The notes under the pieces: model-generated
Told to the model about the DNA's origin: nothing
What the model saw: only the letters and a program-made list of their open reading frames with translations
Databases searched by the model: none
Source of the DNA: Actinomycetes bacterium
GTDB taxonomy: Bacteria; Actinomycetota; Actinomycetes; JACCUZ01
Direction of reading: 5' to 3'
Length of the DNA: 53,259 nt
Assembly: GCA_036375895.1 (NCBI GenBank)
Contig: DASVBJ010000299.1
Coordinates: 1 to 53,259 of the forward strand
Position numbers and translations under genes: made by a program
Shown: piece after piece, positions 48,817 to 53,259 of the stretch
How positions within the stretch are numbered: position 1 is the first letter of the stretch
Layout: each line of letters starts with the position of its first letter

Positions 48817-50004
48817 TCAGGCCTTCGGGACGCGCACGATCAGGGCGTCGCCCTGCCCGCCACCACCGCACAGGGCGGCTGCGCCCGTGCCTCCGCCTCG
48901 GCGCTTGAGCTCGAGCGCGAGGTGCAGCACGAGACGGGCACCGCTCATGCCGATGGGGTGGCCCATGGCGATGGCACCGCCGTTGACGTTGACGTTCTCG
49001 CCGTCGAGCCCCAGCTCCTTCATCGACTGGATGCCGACCGACGCGAACGCCTCGTTGATCTCGACCAGGTCGAGTGCGCCGACGTCGAGCCCCTCCTTGC
49101 CGAGGGCCGCCTTGATGGCGTTGGCCGGCTGCGACTGGAGGCTGGCGTCCGGGCCGGCGACGACTCCGTGGGCGCCGATCTCCGCGAGCCAGGTGAGGCC
49201 CAGCTCCTCGGCCTTGGCCTTGCTCATCACGACCACCGCGGCGCCACCGTCGGAGATCTGCGACGACGAGCCGGCGGTGATCGTGCCGTCGGGCGCGAAC
49301 GCCGGGCGCAGCTTGCCGAGCAGCTCCTCGGTGGTGTCCGCCCGGACGCCCTCGTCGACCGAGAAGACGATGGGGTCGCCCTTCCGCTGCGGGATCTCGA
49401 CCGGGACGATCTCCTCGTCGAACACGCCGTTCTTGGCGGCCTCGGCGGCGCGCTGGTGCGACCGCGCGGCGAAGGCGTCCTGCTCCTCGCGGCTGATGCC
49501 GAGCCGGGCGTTGTAGCGCTCGGTCGACTCACCCATCGCGCACTGGTCGAAGGCGCAGAAGAGCCCGTCGTGGGCCATCGCGTCCAGCAGCTGCACCGAG
49601 CCGTACTTGTAGCCCTCGCGGCTCTTCGGCAACAGGTGCGGCGCCTGGGTCATCGACTCCATGCCGCCGGCGACGACGATCTCGAACTCGCCGGCCCGGA
49701 TCAGCTGGTCTGCGAGGGCGATCGCGTCCAGCCCGGACAGGCAGACCTTGTTGATGGTCAGAGCGGGGACGGTCATCGGGATGCCCGCCTTGACCGCGGC
49801 CTGGCGGGCGGTGATCTGGCCGGCGCCGGCCTGCAGCACCTGGCCCATGATCACGTACTGGACCTGCTCGGGGGCGACACCCGCGCGCTCGAGAGCCCCC
49901 TTGATCGCGAAGGCGCCGAGCTCGGCACCCGAGAAGTCCTTCAGCGAGCCGAGCAACCGCCCCATTGGGGTGCGCGCACCGGCAACGATCACGGATCCGG
50001 CCAT
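48817..50004 (-). CDS. acetyl-CoA C-acetyltransferase (thiolase II)
   Basis: 395 aa with active-site [30 protein letters not shown] and [19 protein letters not shown] lies upstream of the ATG. Confidence 0.93.
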   Translation of the reverse strand: MAGSVIVAGARTPMGRLLGSLKDFSGAELGAFAIKGALERAGVAPEQVQYVIMGQVLQAGAGQITARQAAVKAGIPMTVPALTINKVCLSGLDAIALADQLIRAGEFEIVVAGGMESMTQAPHLLPKSREGYKYGSVQLLDAMAHDGLFCAFDQCAMGESTERYNARLGISREEQDAFAARSHQRAAEAAKNGVFDEEIVPVEIPQRKGDPIVFSVDEGVRADTTEELLGKLRPAFAPDGTITAGSSSQISDGGAAVVVMSKAKAEELGLTWLAEIGAHGVVAGPDASLQSQPANAIKAALGKEGLDVGALDLVEINEAFASVGIQSMKELGLDGENVNVNGGAIAMGHPIGMSGARLVLHLALELKRRGGGTGAAALCGGGGQGDALIVRVPKA

Positions 50005-50054
50005 GGGAGGGCCCTCCTGGTGGTGTCTAGTGTCTGCGCTGTCACGATAGCCGC

Positions 50055-50483
50055 ATGCTGACTCGCATCGACCACGTCGGTCTGGCCGTCCGCGACCTGG
50101 ACGCGGCCATCGCGTTCTACGAGCGGACCTTCGGCGTCCACGTCGTGCACGAAGAGGTCAACGAGGAGCAGGGCGTCCGCGAGGCGATGTTGGCCGTCGG
50201 GGACTCGGGCTCGTGCATCCAGCTGCTCGCCCCGCTCACCCCCGAGTCGACGATCGCGAAGTTCCTGGAGCGCAGCGGCGAGGGCATCCAGCAGGTGGCC
50301 TACGGCGTGGACGACATCGACGCGGCCTGCGCCGACCTGCGCGAGAAGGGCGTCCGGCTGCTCTACGACGAGCCGAAGCGCGGCACGGCCGGTTCGCGCA
50401 TCAACTTCGTGCACCCCAAGGACGCCGGCGGCGTGCTGGTCGAGCTGGTCGAGGCCGCGAAGGACACCGACGCCTCGCACTGA
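50055..50483 (+). CDS. mce: methylmalonyl-CoA epimerase (VOC/glyoxalase fold)
   Basis: 142 aa beginning [27 protein letters not shown], with GEGIQQVAY and VLVELVE. Divergent from the thiolase across 50 bp. Confidence 0.85.
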   Translation: MLTRIDHVGLAVRDLDAAIAFYERTFGVHVVHEEVNEEQGVREAMLAVGDSGSCIQLLAPLTPESTIAKFLERSGEGIQQVAYGVDDIDAACADLREKGVRLLYDEPKRGTAGSRINFVHPKDAGGVLVELVEAAKDTDASH

Positions 50484-50496
50484 ACGTCGCGCCGCG

Positions 50497-51825
50497 TCAC
50501 AGCCGCGGGTGGGGTCGCGGCGGCCGACCACCGGGTGGGTGCGGCTCGGGCCCGATGACCCTGCCATCGGGGTGGCGCATGACGTAACGGCCGTCGCGGA
50601 GCCGCTCGAGCCACCACCGGCCTTCGTGCAACCGGACGTGGTGCGCCGCGCAGGGCAGGGCGCCGTTGGCGACCGTCGTCGGTCCGCCCTCCGTCCACTG
50701 CTGCAGGTGGTGCCCGTCGGCCCACGTGACCGGCGCGTCGCAATAGGGCACCACGCACCGGTCACCGTCGCGGGCGATCATCGCCTTCCGCTGCGCCCAC
50801 GTGAAGAACCGCCGGGTGCGCCCGGCACGGACGACCTCCCCGCCCGCGTCGACCTCCACCAACGTGACCGCCGCGTCGCACCCGACCCGCGCCGCCGTGG
50901 ACTCGCCCACCGGTCCCGCCCACGACAGCGAGGCGTCCCGCCACGAGACCGGGCCCGAGCGCACCCGCGACCGGTCGCCGGCGCTCGACCGCTCCGACGG
51001 TGCAGCGGCCGGCGCGGGCTGGTGCAGCGTGAGGATCAGCTGTGGCCGCGCGCCCCCGACGGTCGGCGCCTTCGGTGAGGCGAGGTAGGCCCGGCAGATG
51101 TCGGCCAGCGCGTCGAGGCGCCGCTGCGCCGGAGTGCGCCGGTCGCCCGGCACCAGCGGCGACGCCGCGTCCACCGCGGTCGCGACCACCGCGCCGTTCA
51201 CCTCGTCGGCCAGGCCGCCGATCGCGAACGAGCCGTCAAAGGTCGGCACCAGCGTCAGCCCTCGTCGCTCATAGCGGCGCACCGCCGCCTCCTCGGCGCC
51301 GTCGGGGTCGACCGTCGCCCGGAACCGGCGCATCACCGAGGCCACCGCCCGCGGGTCGGACTCGCGTGCCACCGCCAGTGCCCCCGGCTCGATCAGCCCG
51401 ACCGCACCCGCCGGCGCACTCGCAACGCCCGACGCGATCACCCGCACGTGCCCGGCGTGCACCTCTCCGCGCGCCAGCGCGGTCGAGGTGTCGGCCAACG
51501 GGCCGCTGCCGAGGACCCGCGCGGTGCGGACCATGCCGGCCGCCTCCCGCGGCGCCAGCCGGCCGTGTGCGCGCACCCACGCGGCGGCGCTCAGCATGCC
51601 CTCGTCGGCGAAGGATCCGCGCACGTCCACCTCGCGCACGACCCCGAGCGCGACCCACTCGAGCCTGGCCTGCAACGCCCGTACCCGCGCCAGCTGCTCG
51701 CCCAGCTCGGCGTGCGCGCAGCCGCCGAGCGAGCCCGAGCCGACCCCGGACACCAACCGGTCGACGGCGGCGGTGACCTCGGCCACCAGCCCCGCCATCT
51801 CCGTCACCGCCGGACTCGAACGCAT
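50497..51825 (-). CDS. DUF222-domain HNH endonuclease (REP13E12-like family)
   Basis: 442 aa. The N-terminal helical region is typical of actinobacterial DUF222. The C-terminal HNH region is CVVPYCDAPVTWADGHHLQQWTEGGPTTVANGALPCAAHHVRLHE. Confidence 0.8.
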   Translation of the reverse strand: MRSSPAVTEMAGLVAEVTAAVDRLVSGVGSGSLGGCAHAELGEQLARVRALQARLEWVALGVVREVDVRGSFADEGMLSAAAWVRAHGRLAPREAAGMVRTARVLGSGPLADTSTALARGEVHAGHVRVIASGVASAPAGAVGLIEPGALAVARESDPRAVASVMRRFRATVDPDGAEEAAVRRYERRGLTLVPTFDGSFAIGGLADEVNGAVVATAVDAASPLVPGDRRTPAQRRLDALADICRAYLASPKAPTVGGARPQLILTLHQPAPAAAPSERSSAGDRSRVRSGPVSWRDASLSWAGPVGESTAARVGCDAAVTLVEVDAGGEVVRAGRTRRFFTWAQRKAMIARDGDRCVVPYCDAPVTWADGHHLQQWTEGGPTTVANGALPCAAHHVRLHEGRWWLERLRDGRYVMRHPDGRVIGPEPHPPGGRPPRPHPRL

Positions 51826-51959
51826 GTTCGAATCCTATCTGCGCCGGCAGACAGGCAGTGGGCCGAGGAACTCGTTTGGGGACAACGATTTCCGGCTGTG
51901 GACGACTGCGGCAGGGAGCGCCGCGTCCGGCGGGCGGACCCCGCCTGGTGGCCACTGGT

Positions 51960-51971
51960 TACTGGCTAGTA
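51960..51971. promoter_or_regulatory. 12-bp near-palindrome TACTGGCTAGTA in an AT-richer patch ~90 nt upstream of ccr
   Basis: Read directly. 10 of 12 positions are symmetric. Candidate operator only. Confidence 0.15.
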
Positions 51972-52059
51972 GCATCTGGCCACACCCCGGCGCCGAAAGC
52001 GCCGCACGCCACACATGCCGCACACGTCGTACGAGTCGTCCATCGACCGGGAGGCTGTC

Positions 52060-53259
52060 GTGAAGGAGATCCTCGAGGCGATCCTGGCCGGGGACACCCC
52101 CGCCGAGGCGTTCGCCGAGCTGCCCGTCCCCGAGTCCTACCGCGCCGTCACGGTGCACAAGGACGAGATCGGCATGTTCGAGGGACAGGCCAGCCGGGAC
52201 AAGGACCCGCGCGCGAGCCTGCACGTCGAGGACGTCGCCACCCCCGAGCTCGGGCCGGGCGAGGCGATCGTCGCGGTGATGGCGAGCGCGATCAACTACA
52301 ACACCGTCTGGACGAGCATCTTCGAGCCGGTGCCGACGTTCGCGTTCCTCGAGCGCTACGGACGGCTGTCGCCGCTCTCCAAGCGACACGACCTGCCCTA
52401 CCACGTGGTGGGGTCGGACCTCGCGGGCGTGGTGCTGCGCACCGGCCCCGGCGTGCACGCGTGGAAGCCCGGCGACGAGGTGGTCGCGCACTGTCTCTCC
52501 GTCGAGCTGGAGAGCCCCGACGGACACAACGACACGATGCTCGACCCCGAGCAGCGCATCTGGGGCTTCGAGACGAACTTCGGCGGCCTGGCCGACCTGG
52601 CCCTCGTCAAGGCCAACCAGCTCATGCCCAAGCCGCGTCACCTCACCTGGGAGGAGGCGGCCTCGCCCGGTCTCGTCAACTCCACGGCGTACCGGCAGCT
52701 GGTGAGCCGCAACGGCGCGGGCATGAAGCAGGGCGACGTCGTGCTGATCTGGGGCGCCTCCGGGGGGCTCGGGTCCTACGCCACGCAGTTCGCGCTCAAC
52801 GGCGGCGCCACGCCGGTCTGCGTCGTCTCCAGCGACGAGAAGGCCGACATCTGCCGGTCGATGGGCGCCGAGCTCATCATCGACCGCAACGCGGAGAACT
52901 ACCGGTTCTGGAAGGACGAGCAGACCCAGGACCCCAAGGAGTGGCAGCGGTTCGGCAAGAAGATCCGCGAGCTCACCGGCGGCGACGACGTCGACATCGT
53001 CTTCGAGCACCCCGGCCGCGAGACATTCGGCGCCAGCGTCTTCGTCGCGCGCAAGGGCGGCACGGTCGTGACCTGTGCGTCGACCAGCGGCTACATGCAC
53101 GAGTACGACAACCGCTACCTCTGGATGAGCCTCAAGCGCATCATCGGCTCGCACTTCGCCAACTACCGCGAGGCGTGGGAGGCCAACCGCCTCATCGCGC
53201 GCGGCCACATCCACCCGACGCTGTCCAAGACCTACGCCATGGACGACGTGGGCCAGGCC
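52060..53259 (+). CDS. ccr: crotonyl-CoA carboxylase/reductase, first 400 codons (3' end outside window)
   Basis: Absent from the ORF track because it is open-ended. GTG 52060 has GGGAGG 5 nt upstream. My translation reads VKEILEAILAGDTP...AVTVHKDE...MASAINYNTVWTSIFEP...LPYHVVGSDLAGVV...DPEQRIWGFETNFGGLA...IWGASGGLGSYATQFA...YMHEYDNRYLWMSLKRIIGSHFANY, matching my memory of Streptomyces Ccr almost motif for motif. Confidence 0.92.
   Translation, partial: MKEILEAILAGDTPAEAFAELPVPESYRAVTVHKDEIGMFEGQASRDKDPRASLHVEDVATPELGPGEAIVAVMASAINYNTVWTSIFEPVPTFAFLERYGRLSPLSKRHDLPYHVVGSDLAGVVLRTGPGVHAWKPGDEVVAHCLSVELESPDGHNDTMLDPEQRIWGFETNFGGLADLALVKANQLMPKPRHLTWEEAASPGLVNSTAYRQLVSRNGAGMKQGDVVLIWGASGGLGSYATQFALNGGATPVCVVSSDEKADICRSMGAELIIDRNAENYRFWKDEQTQDPKEWQRFGKKIRELTGGDDVDIVFEHPGRETFGASVFVARKGGTVVTCASTSGYMHEYDNRYLWMSLKRIIGSHFANYREAWEANRLIARGHIHPTLSKTYAMDDVGQA

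Noticed and set aside
50005-50054. Direct repeat GTGTCT-A-GTGTCT in the thiolase/mce divergent region as a regulator site
   Set aside because: It is only 6-bp units in a 50-bp region that must also hold two promoters and an SD. That is too little information to support a call.
47848-50061. 737-aa plus-strand ORF
   Set aside because: It is antisense to meaB and the thiolase.
51826-51835. GTTCGAATCC, resembling a tRNA T-loop or a possible att remnant next to the HNH gene
   Set aside because: The flanking bases cannot form a T-stem or acceptor stem on either strand. The sequence is instead one arm of the small hairpin around the HNH start codon.
51835-53214. 459-aa minus-strand ORF
   Set aside because: It is the antisense shadow of ccr, which is unmistakable on the plus strand.

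Overview
Chromosomal segment from a very GC-rich actinobacterium. Codon position 3 is almost always G/C, and long Arg/Gly/Pro-rich shadow ORFs occur in every frame. Gene order recalls, from memory, two Mycobacterium tuberculosis core blocks (Rv3009c-Rv3039c and Rv1322A-Rv1328).

Left third (minus strand): gatC-gatA, ligA, a MetE-like protein, guanine deaminase, mnmA, iscS and etfBA. Two tandem membrane GGDEF-EAL genes interrupt this housekeeping run.

Middle: an alpha-glucan supercluster. It has methylglucose-lipopolysaccharide-like genes (two SAM methyltransferases, a GH57 enzyme, a hexapeptide acyltransferase), an enoyl-CoA hydratase, and a complete GlgE pathway (glgX, glgP, glgE-treS-pep2-glgB).

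Right third: a CoA-transferase::Pat-type GNAT fusion, a thioredoxin-TPR protein and an IcmA-like acyl-CoA mutase large subunit. Next comes a ~10 kb membrane-transport block: a small repeat-containing membrane protein, a 1528-aa CtpH/CtpI-like P-type ATPase with a degenerate second ATPase module, and an ABC system with two ATPases and a fused double-FtsX permease. After it come meaB, a thiolase, methylmalonyl-CoA epimerase, a DUF222-HNH gene and the first 400 codons of ccr, which the ORF track misses.

No rRNA, tRNA, CRISPR array, transposase or integrase was recognised by eye.

Best leads:
- duplicated secreted AxA|HECF protein cassettes
- the CoA-transferase-GNAT fusion
- the pseudo-ATPase half of the giant P-type ATPase and its downstream VHVP-repeat protein
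- an ABC ATPase with an AbrB-like tail
- a TGA-containing 12-bp tandem repeat plus long hairpin after etfA
- two unannotated overlapping small hydrophobic ORFs

I do not see a clear-cut, wholly novel multi-gene system. These are candidates, not demonstrations. All family assignments are motif recognition by eye, with no database search.
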